64,000 nucleotides of DNA from an uncultured Nitrospiraceae bacterium (GCA_963706325.1 CAVPLT010000004.1:704001-768000), one strand, 5' to 3'; counted from the stretch's first letter, positions 10,627 through 22,162 are shown. The notes: a model not told the origin generated them from the sequence alone. Translations and numbers: made by a program.

Positions 10627-11925
10627 ATGGAGGAACGAGCTGTGTTCTGGGACACGCGGCACCCTTCGCAGAAACCAGAGCGTCTCTGTTCGTTCTGCGG
10701 TAATCGCCAGGAGGCTGGTCAGCATCTCATTACCGGTCCGAAGCCATACACCTGCCATTCATGCGAGACGACCTCGGGGCTCTTCATCTGTGAAGAATGC
10801 GTCCAGCACTGCGTCCTTTCTCTGAGCAACGACAAGCATAACGAAACAGAGGATTCATCCTCATTCCTGCCGCTCGTGATCCCCAAGCCGACCGATATTA
10901 AAGCGATGCTGGATGATTTCGTCATCGGGCAGGATCACGCCAAGAAAGTCCTGTCCGTTGCGGTCCACAATCACTACAAGCGCATCGCGAACCGTGAGCG
11001 GCTCAAGCACGTTGACCTTCAAAAGGGCAACATCCTGATGATTGGATCGACCGGAACCGGGAAGACGCTCCTCTCGCAAACGCTGGCCCGCATCCTTCAT
11101 GTGCCGTTTACCATCGCGGATGCCACGGCGCTGACGGAGGCAGGGTATGTGGGGGAGGATGTGGAAAACATCGTCCTCAAGCTACTACAAACCTGCGAAT
11201 ACGATGTCAACCGCGCCCAGTCCGGCATCATCTACATCGATGAGATCGATAAGATCAGTCGGAAGTCTGAGAATCCATCTCTGACCCGCGACGTGTCCGG
11301 CGAGGGTGTTCAGCAGGCGCTGCTGAAGCTGGTCGAAGGGACGATCTGCAATGTACCGCCCAAAGGCGGACGGAAGCACCCCGAGCAGGATTATATTCGT
11401 GTGGACACGACAAACATCCTGTTTATCGCCGGCGGGGCGTTCGTGGGATTGGATCAGATCATAGCCCAACGCACGATGCCGAAGCGGCTGGGGTTCGAAG
11501 CCATAGGTGCCGCAGGCGAGATCGACGGGCACACCGACATATTGCGTAGCGTGCAAACCGAGGATCTATTGAAGTTTGGACTCATTCCCGAGTTCGTGGG
11601 CCGATTTCCTGTTCTGACCACCCTTGCAGACCTCGATGTGCCGGCGCTCATTCGAGTACTGACTGAACCTCGCAACGCGCTGGTGAGGCAGTATCAGGCC
11701 CTCTTCGAAATCGAGGGAGTCGAACTTGAGTTCACTGATCCTGCGGTGAAGGCCATCGCCCGCCGGGCGGCCGTCATGAAAACGGGGGCTCGGGCGCTAC
11801 GTACGATTCTGGAAGAGGTGATGCTAGACCTGATGTATGAGATCCCGGCGTTGGGCGGAGTGAAATCCGTCGTGATCACGGAAGAGGTCATTGCCGGGAT
11901 TGGGCAACCGCAGATTCTTACCTGA
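10627..11925 (+). CDS. clpX: ATP-dependent Clp protease ATP-binding subunit ClpX (paralog; no adjacent clpP)
   Basis: CSFC zinc domain, [44 protein letters not shown] loop; start uncertain. Confidence 0.93.
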   Translation: MEERAVFWDTRHPSQKPERLCSFCGNRQEAGQHLITGPKPYTCHSCETTSGLFICEECVQHCVLSLSNDKHNETEDSSSFLPLVIPKPTDIKAMLDDFVIGQDHAKKVLSVAVHNHYKRIANRERLKHVDLQKGNILMIGSTGTGKTLLSQTLARILHVPFTIADATALTEAGYVGEDVENIVLKLLQTCEYDVNRAQSGIIYIDEIDKISRKSENPSLTRDVSGEGVQQALLKLVEGTICNVPPKGGRKHPEQDYIRVDTTNILFIAGGAFVGLDQIIAQRTMPKRLGFEAIGAAGEIDGHTDILRSVQTEDLLKFGLIPEFVGRFPVLTTLADLDVPALIRVLTEPRNALVRQYQALFEIEGVELEFTDPAVKAIARRAAVMKTGARALRTILEEVMLDLMYEIPALGGVKSVVITEEVIAGIGQPQILT

Positions 11926-12073
11926 GATTCCCCACTACGAACGGTCGCCCGCGATTGGTCGTCTCGACCCGATCGTGGGCTGCACAGGAGACAAAGCCTG
12001 CTCATCCCTCAAGGCCTCTCCTCCCCGAGGGAAAGAAACGGCTTGGGGTCCTCCATAAAAAGGGAATCCGCAA

Positions 12074-12241
12074 TCAGGCTGCGTGTCTGGCTCGCGTTCC
12101 ATGCGCGACGGTTTCGACGTGGCGACCACCGGTCGCAGACGAGCCTAGCCGTCTCTTCTCAGATTCACTCTCACTTGCCATGGACCAGGCAAGCAGCCAG
12201 ACCAGCGCAACCATGGTTCCGAATCCAATAATCTCTACCAT
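12074..12241 (-). CDS. Small single-TM protein (55 aa)
   Basis: GGAGGT RBS 5 nt before ATG; hydrophobic N-terminus IIGFGTMVALVWLLAW. Confidence 0.5.
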   Translation of the reverse strand: MVEIIGFGTMVALVWLLAWSMASESESEKRRLGSSATGGRHVETVAHGTRARHAA

Positions 12242-13243
12242 AGGGCACCTCCGTTTCCTGAACGACGGGACGGATCTGGAAGACGCAGACGGCATCAGGC
12301 ATTTTATCAGGGCATGAGAGCCAACTCATGTCTCTGTGGTTTCGTTGAACGATCTTTCTACGCGACCGACTTGCTTCTATCGTGCTCCAAACCTTACGGA
12401 TAATAGAATCGAAGACATCTAAGATTGCAGCAAAGGCACAGGGCCAGCCGCTACATCTAGGCCGCCTGCCGCGATCTGGCTGAAGGTTGCGCAACCGCCT
12501 GACCCGACTCATCAGCCTTATCGGTCGTCAACTTGGGCGACCCCTTTGACTTAGAGTACAAGATGTCCACACAAATGAAGAGGGTGATCACCATTGCCAA
12601 GAGACCGAGCACGATTCCCCAATAGACTTCAGACATTGGTCACTCACTCGCGCGAAGCCGCACGAGTCCTTTGTGTACGCGTCTTGTCGCCAGGGTGCCT
12701 GTCGTTCTCGTCTGCGGGGTGCCGGACCTTGACGCGTGTGGGGGTGGGTGATTCGCTACAAGCGATTCAACAAAAGACCATACAACATGAGGTGATCGAG
12801 ACGGGGCTAACTGTAGGCGGTGACACAGACGCATCACCGGGCCTGTCCCTGGAACTATTGATAACGTCGCCTCGAATGGATAGGGGGCACTTTTGCAGTT
12901 GTGCAGCCCCTGTCTATGCCGGTTGTCGGCGATGACGCGAGCGTAGAGGCTGTGGTGGATTATTCCTGTGAGCGCACGCCTGCCCACTGGTGACAAGTCG
13001 GTGCCATGCCTAAGAAGAGTGCGGGTGAGAAGAAGGTTACACCTAGCATGTCCGTCCCGTTGAAATTGCGCTTTACGGAAGAACATGCTTCCCACCTCCA
13101 GAACGAGGCGGAACGTAACGAGTCTCTATCTTATTCCCTCATGAAATACCGGTCAAGGGGTGGGCTGGATCATGTGTAGTGAGCCGGGGTACATCACAGG
13201 GTGCGTATCTTATCTAGAGAGGAAAGAGCGATTCGAGCTTACT

Positions 13244-13642
13244 TCAAAGGATTTCACCGGAAGGGGGAACGGACTGCTGTGATGGCTTGGACGACTTAAA
13301 ACGAAGCGTAAATTCCTGCTGATCGGCGTCGGGCGAAAGACTGAATGATCCTTCGGCGGTGAGATGCTCCTGCGAATGGGACTTGCCCTGCGGAAAAAGT
13401 TTTAGACGGAATTCGCCTGATCGCCGAGACTCCAGCGCGGGCAGGTTTCCTTCCACTTCCACATATTCCCGTACCCTCGCCAAGGCTTGATCGAACAATT
13501 CGTGCAAAAGTTTTTCAGGCGTCGTCTTATCGAGCAGGTCACTCGCCACACGACTTAGATCTAGACCCAACAGGGGACGATCCTCTGCCGCAAATACCGG
13601 TGTGGCGGCGAGAAGCAAGGCAGTGAGGAGAAAGGCGACCAT
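13244..13642 (-). CDS. Exported hypothetical protein
   Basis: Signal peptide ending VFA; no family recognised. Confidence 0.65.
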   Translation of the reverse strand: MVAFLLTALLLAATPVFAAEDRPLLGLDLSRVASDLLDKTTPEKLLHELFDQALARVREYVEVEGNLPALESRRSGEFRLKLFPQGKSHSQEHLTAEGSFSLSPDADQQEFTLRFKSSKPSQQSVPPSGEIL

Positions 13643-13721
13643 GGATTCAGTCTATCCACCGGCAGAAATTCAGTCAAGCCCAAGATGGGAGAACTTTCAC
13701 TGAGAATGGTGATGAGGCACA

Positions 13722-14894
13722 TTAACAGCGAGCGAGCAGCTTTTCATTCCGGTTCCACTGGGATACCGTGCCGCTGCTGTCGGTCAACTCCATCTTGTCC
13801 TGCGCCAGAACCAGCATGAGGAGCGGGGGAGTTTTGCTCTGGGCTACGATCAGTTTGAAGCGGTCCTGGTCCGGTTCGATCCGGCCGGTGTGGGAAGTGG
13901 CCTTGTAGAACTCCGATACATTTGCTGAGGTAATCGTCCAGACGAATTCTTCTTGGCGATCGACGAATTTGGCCGAGCCTTCCCATGTGCCCACAAGCGC
14001 AGGTTCAACCGGCGTCATCCGCTTCACTGTCATTTTATGCGGGACGGTACCGAACGATTGCCAGAGAAGGGGATCGAACTTATTCGGTACTTGCTTCTTC
14101 GGAAGCTTGGTCCAGGTAACGTTCAGAATACCGGTTGTCGAGAACGTATTGCTTTCAGCTATCTGATAGGTTCCATGCAGAATCTCTTGGTACGATTCGG
14201 CGTGCCAGCGCCCTCGGTCCGCCACCACCGTCCCCGGCATTACCACGGCTGTTGTGAGGGTCCAATCGGCACGCTCGCTCAAGGCAAGATGGCCCTTGCC
14301 ATAGATCAATCCTACGGGGACACAGCCATACCAATCTCCCGACCATTGGGGGGATGCTTGGGCCAATCCCGAATCCGATGCGGCGGTTGCCACTGCACCC
14401 GAGGGACGTGGGCCTGCAAGTCTTGTTGCGGCGACCTTCGCGAGGTTGGTAACAGCCGCTTGAGGATTGCCTTGTTTGGGCGAGGAAAGCGAGAGTGTAA
14501 CCAGCGCGTTATCCTTTAAGAAAGTCAGCTGAATGCCACCGATGGGAGATCGAAGGGTGAACGCTCCATCGCCAATTCCAGGGATTGGTTGGTGGCCGGT
14601 TTTTGAGCGCTGGTCGTTGAAGACGCTCTGCTTGTTCCCGCCTTGTCCCGGATCAAATTCCACCGTCACCGTCTCCTCTGGATTGCGTTTGGCCTGATAG
14701 AGGCATTGCCGATCGTTTTGCTGCCGGCCGGTCGCAACCGGCGTTCCTATCGCCAGCTCGACATCCGCTTCTGTCACGATTAAACAGGCGTTCAGATTCG
14801 TAGAGATCACATCGGAGGACTGGGAGCACCCCAGGACCATAGCCCACGCAATCACAAGGCAGAAGGGGAAGCGTTTCGAGGAGATGATGGACAT
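13722..14894 (-). CDS. Hypothetical lipoprotein (DUF3558-like N-terminal domain)
   Basis: Lipobox VLGC; AC.L.T..DV...G and C.Y, GIGD.AF pattern. Confidence 0.65.
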   Translation of the reverse strand: MSIISSKRFPFCLVIAWAMVLGCSQSSDVISTNLNACLIVTEADVELAIGTPVATGRQQNDRQCLYQAKRNPEETVTVEFDPGQGGNKQSVFNDQRSKTGHQPIPGIGDGAFTLRSPIGGIQLTFLKDNALVTLSLSSPKQGNPQAAVTNLAKVAATRLAGPRPSGAVATAASDSGLAQASPQWSGDWYGCVPVGLIYGKGHLALSERADWTLTTAVVMPGTVVADRGRWHAESYQEILHGTYQIAESNTFSTTGILNVTWTKLPKKQVPNKFDPLLWQSFGTVPHKMTVKRMTPVEPALVGTWEGSAKFVDRQEEFVWTITSANVSEFYKATSHTGRIEPDQDRFKLIVAQSKTPPLLMLVLAQDKMELTDSSGTVSQWNRNEKLLARC

Positions 14895-15009
14895 GGAACG
14901 GTCAGTCTAGGAGGCGCTCCCGCAAATAGCAAGTTTCAGTGCCAGGCACAACCTGCGAGAGAGCAATTTCCGACCGGCGGTCGATGCGCCGTTGTATACG
15001 AACAGGCGA

Positions 15010-15435
15010 TTATGTCTGACCTGGGACAAATTTCAGTGAAACGCCGTTGATGCAGTATCGGAGTCCTGTGGGCTTTGGGCCGTCATTGAAGATATGCCCT
15101 TGATGCCCGTTGCAGCGGGAGCAGTGGACTTCGGTACGTGTCATAAAGAATTTGGAGTCGGTGCGGGTCTCGACCACGCGAGGATCCATCGGCTGCCAGA
15201 AGCTCGGCCACCCGGTGCCGCTATCGAATTTATGCTCCGACGAATAGGCGGGGAGACCGCAGCCGGCGCAGTGGTAGACACCGGCTTGATGGTTGTCATT
15301 AAGTGGACTTGTAAACGCCCGCTCGGTATCCTCATGCCGCAGCACTTGATAGGCCGCGAGGGACAGCAGTTTTTTCCACTCGTCGTCAGTCTTGGCTATT
15401 TTCACAATGGGGCCGATGTCGATTTTGTCGCCCAT
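15010..15435 (-). CDS. msrB: Peptide-methionine (R)-S-oxide reductase
   Basis: KFDSGTGWPSF, two CxxC, GHIFNDGP, RYCING. Confidence 0.95.
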   Translation of the reverse strand: MGDKIDIGPIVKIAKTDDEWKKLLSLAAYQVLRHEDTERAFTSPLNDNHQAGVYHCAGCGLPAYSSEHKFDSGTGWPSFWQPMDPRVVETRTDSKFFMTRTEVHCSRCNGHQGHIFNDGPKPTGLRYCINGVSLKFVPGQT

Positions 15436-15457
15436 ACTTCCCCCCCCTCAATCAGAA

Positions 15458-15515
15458 TGGCTGATGAGACACAGGATCATGGATTGACGTTACCATGCCT
15501 CTGTCTCATCAGCCA
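15458..15515. terminator. Long hairpin between lon and msrB (terminator, attenuator or stabiliser)
   Basis: TGGCTGATGAGACA...TGTCTCATCAGCCA 14-bp outer stem plus CATGG/CCATG inner stem. Confidence 0.55.
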
Positions 15516-15551
15516 ATGGGCTGTTACAGGCCCTGACTACTCGGACAGCCC

Positions 15552-17951
15552 TTATGACCCGACGATGGAGGTTCCGGCCGCCACTTCAGGCTGAGGTCCA
15601 GGGGTCGGATCCTCATGGAAGGCGGCCTGGAGCACTTCATCCAAGCGTTGGACCAAAAAGACCTGTAAGTCTTCACGAACTTCCGCAGGAATCTCTTTCA
15701 GATCCTTCTCATTCGCCTTCGGCAAAATGATGCGCCGGAGGCCAGCTCGATGAGCCGCCAAGACTTTTTCCTTGATACCGCCCACCGGCAACACCAGCCC
15801 GGTCAGACTGATTTCTCCGGTCATGGCCGTGTCACTGCGCACCGGCTTACCCACATAGGCGGAAGCCAGCGCAGTCGCCATCGTGATACCGGCCGAAGGG
15901 CCGTCCTTGGGAATAGCGCCGGACGGCACGTGGATATGCACGCCATTCCGTTTGAAGCGGGAAATGTCGAGGCCCATCGCCTCGGCATGGCTCCAGAGAT
16001 AGCTGCGCGCGGCGCGCGCCGATTCCTGCATCACGTCGCCCAGCTGACCGGTCAGCGTCATGTCGTGGCTTCCCGGCAATAAGCTGGTTTCGATATACAG
16101 CACATCACCGCCTGTCGGAGTCCATGCGAGACCGGTGGCGACACCGGCCGGCAAGTCCTTCCGCGCTTCTTCCGGTTGGAACCGTTCCTGACCCAGCCAT
16201 TCGTCCAGCAACGTCGCTGTAATATCGACCGTGGCCGACGCCGAATCAGCTGCCTGATCCGCCAAGGTCACGGCGACTTTTCTCGTCAGGCGTCCCAACA
16301 TTTGCTCCAGCTGCCGCACCCCTGATTCTCGGGTATAGCGGCCGATGATTTGATCGAGCACTGCTTCAGGAAGATTGATATCCTCCGTCCGCAGCCCAGC
16401 CTCCTTCAGCCGTCTTGGCCAAAGGTACCGAACGGCGATCTCGCGCTTTTCCCGCTCGCTATATCCGTTCAGCCGGATGATCTCCATGCGATCCAGCAAC
16501 GGTTGCGACAGAGTCTCCAGCGTATTCGCCGTCGTGATGAAAAATACCTTGGACAAATCGAACGGCAAATCGAGGTAGTGGTCGCGGAACGTATGGTTCT
16601 GCGCCGGATCCAAAACCTCCAGCAATGCCGCCGCCGGATCGCCGCGGAAATCGCGTCCGAGTTTATCCACTTCGTCCAGCATGATCACCGGATTGTTGAC
16701 TCCGGCGCGTCGCACCGCTTGAATGATACGGCCGGGAAGGGCTCCGACATACGTGCGCCGGTGGCCGCGCAGCTCCCCTTCGTCATGCAGTCCGCCGAGG
16801 CTGAAGCGTTCGAACGTGCGGCCCATCGATTTGGCGATGGACTGCCCTAAACTGGTCTTGCCCACACCTGGAGGCCCCACCAGACAGAGGATCGGCGCTT
16901 TGGCGGCAGGGTTTAACTTTAGCACCGCCAAATGCTCTACGATCCGTTCTTTCACTTCCTTGATGCCGTAGTGATCCTCATTCAAGACCTTGCGGACATG
17001 CGCGAGATCGAGATGTTCCTCCGATGACTTGTTCCAGGGCAGTTCGAGCACCAGTTCCAAGTAGCTCCGAATCACTTGATGCTCGGGAGAGGCGCTCGGT
17101 GTCTTGGCGAGACGCGCGAGTTCACGGTCCGTCTCTTTCCGCACGTGGTCGGGAAGATCGGCCTCTTGAATTTTTGATCTCAATGCGCCGACTTCATCTT
17201 CCTCGCCGCTACTCTCGCCCAACTCTTGCTGAATCGTCTTGAGTTGCTCGCGTAGGAGATACTCCCGCTGAGTCTTGCCCAGCTTCTCTCGGGCCTCGCC
17301 CGCGATCTTGTCCCTCAACTGAAGGATTTGCACCTCGCGCGACAGCGCGGCATAGAGCCCACGCAACAGGTCTGCCCTCGTGGCCGCCTCGAGCAATTGT
17401 TGCTCGCCGTCCAACGTGAGATTCAACAACGAAGCGATGCGGTACGCCAGGACGACCGGGTCCTGCTCGGTCCCGAGAGCCGCCACCGCTTCATGGACGC
17501 CCGGCGTCTGAATCAGCTTCGGCAGCTCGGTGATGATGTCAAGAATCGCCCGGTGCAACGCCTCGACTTCCGTGCTCTGTTCACTAGGCGGAGGCAACTG
17601 TTTCCCGCGCGCCTGCAGAAACGGATCGACTTGATCGAGCTTCAGAAGCACGAACCGCTCTAATCCCTGGATCAAAATATTGTAATGACCTTCCGCAGCG
17701 CGAGCCGTCTGTTTGATGACGGCCTTTGTGCCGATGGTATACAGATCCGCCAGCAAGGGTTGGTCGGTTTGCGCATCCCGCTGAGCCACGACAAGCAGGG
17801 TCTTATCTTCGGTTTTCAATGCCGCTTCTACGGCTGCGACAGAACGGTCACGTCCCACGGTCAAGGGCATCATCGTGCCTGGGAACAACACCGTTCGCTT
17901 CAGCGGCAGTACGGGTAGATTCGTGAGTATCGGGGCATTCGAATCGTTCAT
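15552..17951 (-). CDS. lon: Endopeptidase La (Lon)
   Basis: [43 protein letters not shown]. Confidence 0.96.
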   Translation of the reverse strand: MNDSNAPILTNLPVLPLKRTVLFPGTMMPLTVGRDRSVAAVEAALKTEDKTLLVVAQRDAQTDQPLLADLYTIGTKAVIKQTARAAEGHYNILIQGLERFVLLKLDQVDPFLQARGKQLPPPSEQSTEVEALHRAILDIITELPKLIQTPGVHEAVAALGTEQDPVVLAYRIASLLNLTLDGEQQLLEAATRADLLRGLYAALSREVQILQLRDKIAGEAREKLGKTQREYLLREQLKTIQQELGESSGEEDEVGALRSKIQEADLPDHVRKETDRELARLAKTPSASPEHQVIRSYLELVLELPWNKSSEEHLDLAHVRKVLNEDHYGIKEVKERIVEHLAVLKLNPAAKAPILCLVGPPGVGKTSLGQSIAKSMGRTFERFSLGGLHDEGELRGHRRTYVGALPGRIIQAVRRAGVNNPVIMLDEVDKLGRDFRGDPAAALLEVLDPAQNHTFRDHYLDLPFDLSKVFFITTANTLETLSQPLLDRMEIIRLNGYSEREKREIAVRYLWPRRLKEAGLRTEDINLPEAVLDQIIGRYTRESGVRQLEQMLGRLTRKVAVTLADQAADSASATVDITATLLDEWLGQERFQPEEARKDLPAGVATGLAWTPTGGDVLYIETSLLPGSHDMTLTGQLGDVMQESARAARSYLWSHAEAMGLDISRFKRNGVHIHVPSGAIPKDGPSAGITMATALASAYVGKPVRSDTAMTGEISLTGLVLPVGGIKEKVLAAHRAGLRRIILPKANEKDLKEIPAEVREDLQVFLVQRLDEVLQAAFHEDPTPGPQPEVAAGTSIVGS

Positions 17952-18249
17952 ATCATCCTCCGGTATGCTCGGATGGTCATGTGCTGAGGGCTGCGCGAGT
18001 GGTACCCACGTCACACTTACGCTCGTTCTTGTCGGTTAAGATAGCCATAAGACCGGATGAGTCAAGCGCAGGCTTTGGAAGGGTAGTCCATCGATCGCAA
18101 TTGCCGGAGCGGTCGCGTGAAACCCATGCTTGGTAGCGAGGATGGCACCACCGCGAGAGTGATGACCCGCTTAGCAATAGTTGAAAAAAGTTGTGGGGCC
18201 TTCAAACACTCCGAGAGCGCCGAGTCGGAGAGAACTCGGCGCGAGCGTG

Positions 18250-18486
18250 CAGAATGGTCAAAAGGGCCGTCCAGCGAGGCCGCAGCGAGGTCCACGGCGC
18301 GAAGAATAAAAAGCGCCAGGATTGTGGACGCCGGCGAGTCGGTGAGCCGGCCATGTCTGGAGGCGATGCGTAGTCATTTTTACCCGCCCTCCCTGAGCCT
18401 GCCGAGACAGGCCCTTGGCCCATGGGTGATACGTTGAGACTCTGAACGATGCGAGAACAAAGCTGGCGGACATTTTCACCATTCTG
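18250..18486. repeat. Palindromic intergenic repeat, long form, copy 1 (MITE/REPIN-like)
   Basis: Arms CAGAATGGTcAAAA.../...TTTTcACCATTCTG; core aligns by eye with the reverse complement of 45411-45637. Confidence 0.8.
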
Positions 18487-20523
18487 CTATCGGTCGATGA
18501 AGAGGCTGCCCTGGTTCTCGATGTAGACTTTTCCATTGAGCCGCTCCGGATGAGCGCCGGCGGTCGGTGGCGGGACAGAAGAATAATCGTCCCGGCCATC
18601 AAGATCAAAGAATGCGCCGATGCTGGCATCCGCGCCATGTCCCAGCCCACGACCGACGGCATACTGGTCCGCGCCGCCTTCTTCGATAAATAGTCCCCAT
18701 CCTCCGAGGTCTCCCATACCGAGCCCCGTCGAGGCCGGCAGGTCGTAGAAGTCGCTCGCCGTACCTCCGTCAATGGCAAGGGCCACGCTTCCGTCCCAAG
18801 CCGCACCGCCGTTGTAGAACGGCCCCTTAGAGCCATAACGGTCCTTACCCTGATAGTCGATGAGCAGGCCGACGCCAAAGTGGGCGGCCGTGCCATGCCC
18901 ATACCGGGCGGCCTGATGATCGTCGTCACCGTTAAGATCCAGCTTTACGCCAAGGCCGAAAAAATATCCGTGGCCTTGAGAAAAATTGGCGCTCCGATAA
19001 CGATCCTGTCCGTCCAGATCAATCAACAGTCCCCAGCCCCCTGCGAGACTCAGCGCGCGTTGCGCCGGATCCTTCGTGAAGACGCGGAGCCCCGCCCCCG
19101 TGCCTAATCCAAAACAATCGTATTGATACCCGGCGTCATGAGGTTGCGCATCCGGGGCATCGGCCGCGTTGTAGGCGCTGGGATAATGCCCGCCGCATTC
19201 ATACGAATCATTTCCAGCCACATCGATGACGGCGCCCACGCCCAACGGCGCGCCGAAACCCAGCGCATAGCCGAAACTGGTATACCGATCGTCGCCGGCG
19301 CGATCCACCAACAAGCCGAACCCGCCGAACGCTGCGCCTTGCGTAAACCGGTTGCCTTCGTAGATATCCTGTCCTCCTCCATCATACAGGATGCCGAGGC
19401 CCGCGAGGCCTACCCCGCCGGAGCCGGGTGACAGGCGATAGGTATCGTTGCCGCTGTGATCGATGAGGATGCCGATTCCTGCCCGGCCCGTGGCAAGCCC
19501 AAGCGGGGATGGCTCATAGGTGTCATTCCCGCTCAAGTCGATGACGATGCTATTGCCGAGATCACTGGTAGAGCTGGCGCCGATGGACCCGCGGTAGGTG
19601 TCGTTGCCGCCGAGGTCGATGATCAGCGCGGCACCCTTCTCGAGATCATAGGTATTCGGGCCGCGGCCGCCGATGATGACCAGTCCGTAGGGGGTCTGCT
19701 GCGCCAGAAGCACCTCCCCGGTGATGCCGCGAATGGTATGGGTGACGTGGGTTCGATTGTGAAACACAATGTCCAACTGCTGCAAAAATTTCCGGTTGCC
19801 CAGTCTCGCCAGTCGTTGCGCGGCCGTGATCAACGATCCGTAGTCGACCTGTTGCATCAATAGGGTGGCATATCGGACGGCGGCTTCCGCGTCGGTAAGC
19901 TGGGCCGGTGGCGTGATTTGAGGAATGAATCGTTCTACGAGAGGAGGGCCTTGGGTAAATAGAAACTCTCGATCCTGAGGAGACAAATGGCGGAGCGCAT
20001 GTTCGCGGTCTTGATAGGCGTCCTCAAGGGCTTCCATGAGAAAGCCGAGGATATCTTCCCGCGCGAGGGTCACAGGAAAGGTGAGTGGCCTAAAGGGTGT
20101 CGCGGTGCGATCCATACCGCCTTCTAGGATATCGATGACAGCCGGAAGTCCTTCGACGCCCGATTCCGCGGCTCCGGCGGCCAACAGACCGGCTTGCTCC
20201 ACCGTCGAGAGCCCGTCCCACGGATCGGCGAGTGTGCGCAGCGCGAGACCGCGTTTGAATTTGGCAATCTTATTGGTCTGGTCCGCCAAGCCGGCGCGAA
20301 CCGCCGGGAGAGCAGTATTGAGATTGTCGCGCAGATCAGGTTCAACGATCGCCTGCATCCGCGCCGTCAGCGCCTGTTGCGCGCGATCCAGCGGTCGGTC
20401 GGGTGTCCGGGTGGCGGAAAAGAGGTGGGTAATCTGCCCACAGCCGCCCATGAGCAGCCAGAGGGCCATGAGTGGCACGAGGGAGGCTACTCGGCTAGTG
20501 AAGCGGCGCAAGTCTAGGCTCAC
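18487..20523 (-). CDS. Large lipoprotein with Gly/Asp-rich repeats
   Basis: About 10 repeats of G.G.L.D..G.D.Y; lipobox-like MGGC; start (GTG 20523) uncertain, the ORF extension to 20838 overlaps otsA. Confidence 0.7.
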   Translation of the reverse strand: MSLDLRRFTSRVASLVPLMALWLLMGGCGQITHLFSATRTPDRPLDRAQQALTARMQAIVEPDLRDNLNTALPAVRAGLADQTNKIAKFKRGLALRTLADPWDGLSTVEQAGLLAAGAAESGVEGLPAVIDILEGGMDRTATPFRPLTFPVTLAREDILGFLMEALEDAYQDREHALRHLSPQDREFLFTQGPPLVERFIPQITPPAQLTDAEAAVRYATLLMQQVDYGSLITAAQRLARLGNRKFLQQLDIVFHNRTHVTHTIRGITGEVLLAQQTPYGLVIIGGRGPNTYDLEKGAALIIDLGGNDTYRGSIGASSTSDLGNSIVIDLSGNDTYEPSPLGLATGRAGIGILIDHSGNDTYRLSPGSGGVGLAGLGILYDGGGQDIYEGNRFTQGAAFGGFGLLVDRAGDDRYTSFGYALGFGAPLGVGAVIDVAGNDSYECGGHYPSAYNAADAPDAQPHDAGYQYDCFGLGTGAGLRVFTKDPAQRALSLAGGWGLLIDLDGQDRYRSANFSQGHGYFFGLGVKLDLNGDDDHQAARYGHGTAAHFGVGLLIDYQGKDRYGSKGPFYNGGAAWDGSVALAIDGGTASDFYDLPASTGLGMGDLGGWGLFIEEGGADQYAVGRGLGHGADASIGAFFDLDGRDDYSSVPPPTAGAHPERLNGKVYIENQGSLFIDR

Positions 20524-20635
20524 ACGTCTCTTTTGAGAACCGTACGGGCCTTGGGGGGGCTGTTGAAAAGAAATGTCCGACAATGGGGTGACGGTCACAG
20601 GCTCTCTCAATAGACGCCCGTTGTCGTGGCGCCGA

Positions 20636-22162
20636 CTACACAATAGAGGGACTGTCATCCGGTGGCAAGAGGCCCGCGTCCCGGAGGCACTCGTCCGCCC
20701 AGGCGCGAATGTCGTGAGTGGCCAAATACCCGCGCATCCGGCGCATGCGGTCCCGGCGTTCCTCCACCGGCATCTCAAGCGCCTGACGGATCGAATCGGC
20801 CACGCCCTCCAGGTCGTAGGGATTGATGACCAGGGCATCCGTGAGTTCTTCCGCGGCGCCCGCCAAATGGCTCACGAGCAACACGCCCTTCTCTTCGGCC
20901 TGGCAAGAAACATATTCCTTCGCGACCAGGTTCATGCCGTCGTAGACGGAACTCACCAAAGCCAAGTCGGCTATCCGGTAATAGGCGGCGAGAGTGTCCA
21001 CGCCGATGCGCCCTTCCCGAAACTCGATCGGTCGCCAGCGCGACGCATCCCGGCTGCCGGGACGAGAAATGCTGCCGTAGCGGACATTGATATCGTTGGC
21101 GGTCTCACGGATGATTTCCCGGTAGCGCCGATAGGTTTCGACATCGTCCCGGGACGGGACCGCAATCTGGATGAAGGTGAATTTGCCGCGATAATGGGGG
21201 TACTGCTGAAAAAACGCATCGATCGCCCAGAATCGTTTCAGGAGTCCTTTGGTGTAGTCGAGGCGATCGACACCGAGCCCGATGCGGGTGTCGGGCTGAC
21301 AGACATGGAGGTTGCGCAGAACCTCCATCGCTCGTCCGACTTGCGGGGATTGCGCCCGCTCAGACCACGCTTGAAATCCGACACTAATGGGCCGGGCCAC
21401 GAGACGAGTCGTATGACCTTTATACTCGATGTGATGATCATCGGCTCGTACCTCGCCGCTCAAAAAATCTTTCGCGCATTCGACGAAGCAATGAAGAAAC
21501 GTCCGCGTTTGAAACATGACGAGGTCCCCGGCCAGCAGGGAATCGATCAGTTCGCGGCGTTCAGGGAGGATGCGAAAAGCATCAGGCCCGGGCCAGGGCG
21601 TGTGCCAGAAGGTCGCGATCGGCTGCCGGGGCAGCGAGGTTTTAATCAGGCCGGGGAGGAGCGCCAGGTGAAAGTCGTGAATCCAGACAAAGCCGGGTTT
21701 GGTTCGTAATTCGTCGATCACGGCTTCCGCAAAGCGCGCGTTCATAGCCTGGTAGGCGTGCCAGAATGTTTTTCGATAGGCGACCCGATCCAGGGTGAGG
21801 TGACACAGAGGCCACAGCACTTGATTGGCATACCCTTGATACCCGCCCTTCACTTCATAGGGTTCCAGCCATACGCGGCGCAGACGGTAAGTCGGGGAAT
21901 CGGGCGGCACCTCGATGGCCATGGTCTGGTCCACGACATCGCGATCTGCTTTGCCGCTGCCCCAGGCAATCCACGTGCCGCCCAAACGACGCATCACCGG
22001 ATCGAGCGCCGAGATCAGGCCGCCGGATGTTTTTTCCCAAATAAGGTGATTCTTGACGAGGCGATGTTCGTACGGTTCGCGGTTTGAGACAATAATCAAA
22101 CGAGAGAGGGACAGCTCGTCCTGCGACTGAAGTTCCTCCAGGGAAGCGTGAGACGTGTTCAT
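20636..22162 (-). CDS. otsA: Trehalose-6-phosphate synthase (GT20)
   Basis: VSNR, GGL, WIHDFHL, GVDRLDYTKG, DGMNLVAKEY. Confidence 0.9.
   Translation of the reverse strand: MNTSHASLEELQSQDELSLSRLIIVSNREPYEHRLVKNHLIWEKTSGGLISALDPVMRRLGGTWIAWGSGKADRDVVDQTMAIEVPPDSPTYRLRRVWLEPYEVKGGYQGYANQVLWPLCHLTLDRVAYRKTFWHAYQAMNARFAEAVIDELRTKPGFVWIHDFHLALLPGLIKTSLPRQPIATFWHTPWPGPDAFRILPERRELIDSLLAGDLVMFQTRTFLHCFVECAKDFLSGEVRADDHHIEYKGHTTRLVARPISVGFQAWSERAQSPQVGRAMEVLRNLHVCQPDTRIGLGVDRLDYTKGLLKRFWAIDAFFQQYPHYRGKFTFIQIAVPSRDDVETYRRYREIIRETANDINVRYGSISRPGSRDASRWRPIEFREGRIGVDTLAAYYRIADLALVSSVYDGMNLVAKEYVSCQAEEKGVLLVSHLAGAAEELTDALVINPYDLEGVADSIRQALEMPVEERRDRMRRMRGYLATHDIRAWADECLRDAGLLPPDDSPSIV

Noticed and set aside
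14928..14944. Sigma54-like TGGCACTGAAACTTGCT on the - strand
   Set aside because: GG-to-GC spacing is 11, not the required 10
20524..20838. N-terminal extension of the 783-aa ORF
   Set aside because: Overlaps the otsA 3' end on the same strand; the signal peptide and lipobox lie downstream
20573..21709. 378-aa + strand ORF
   Set aside because: Antisense shadow of otsA; no motifs
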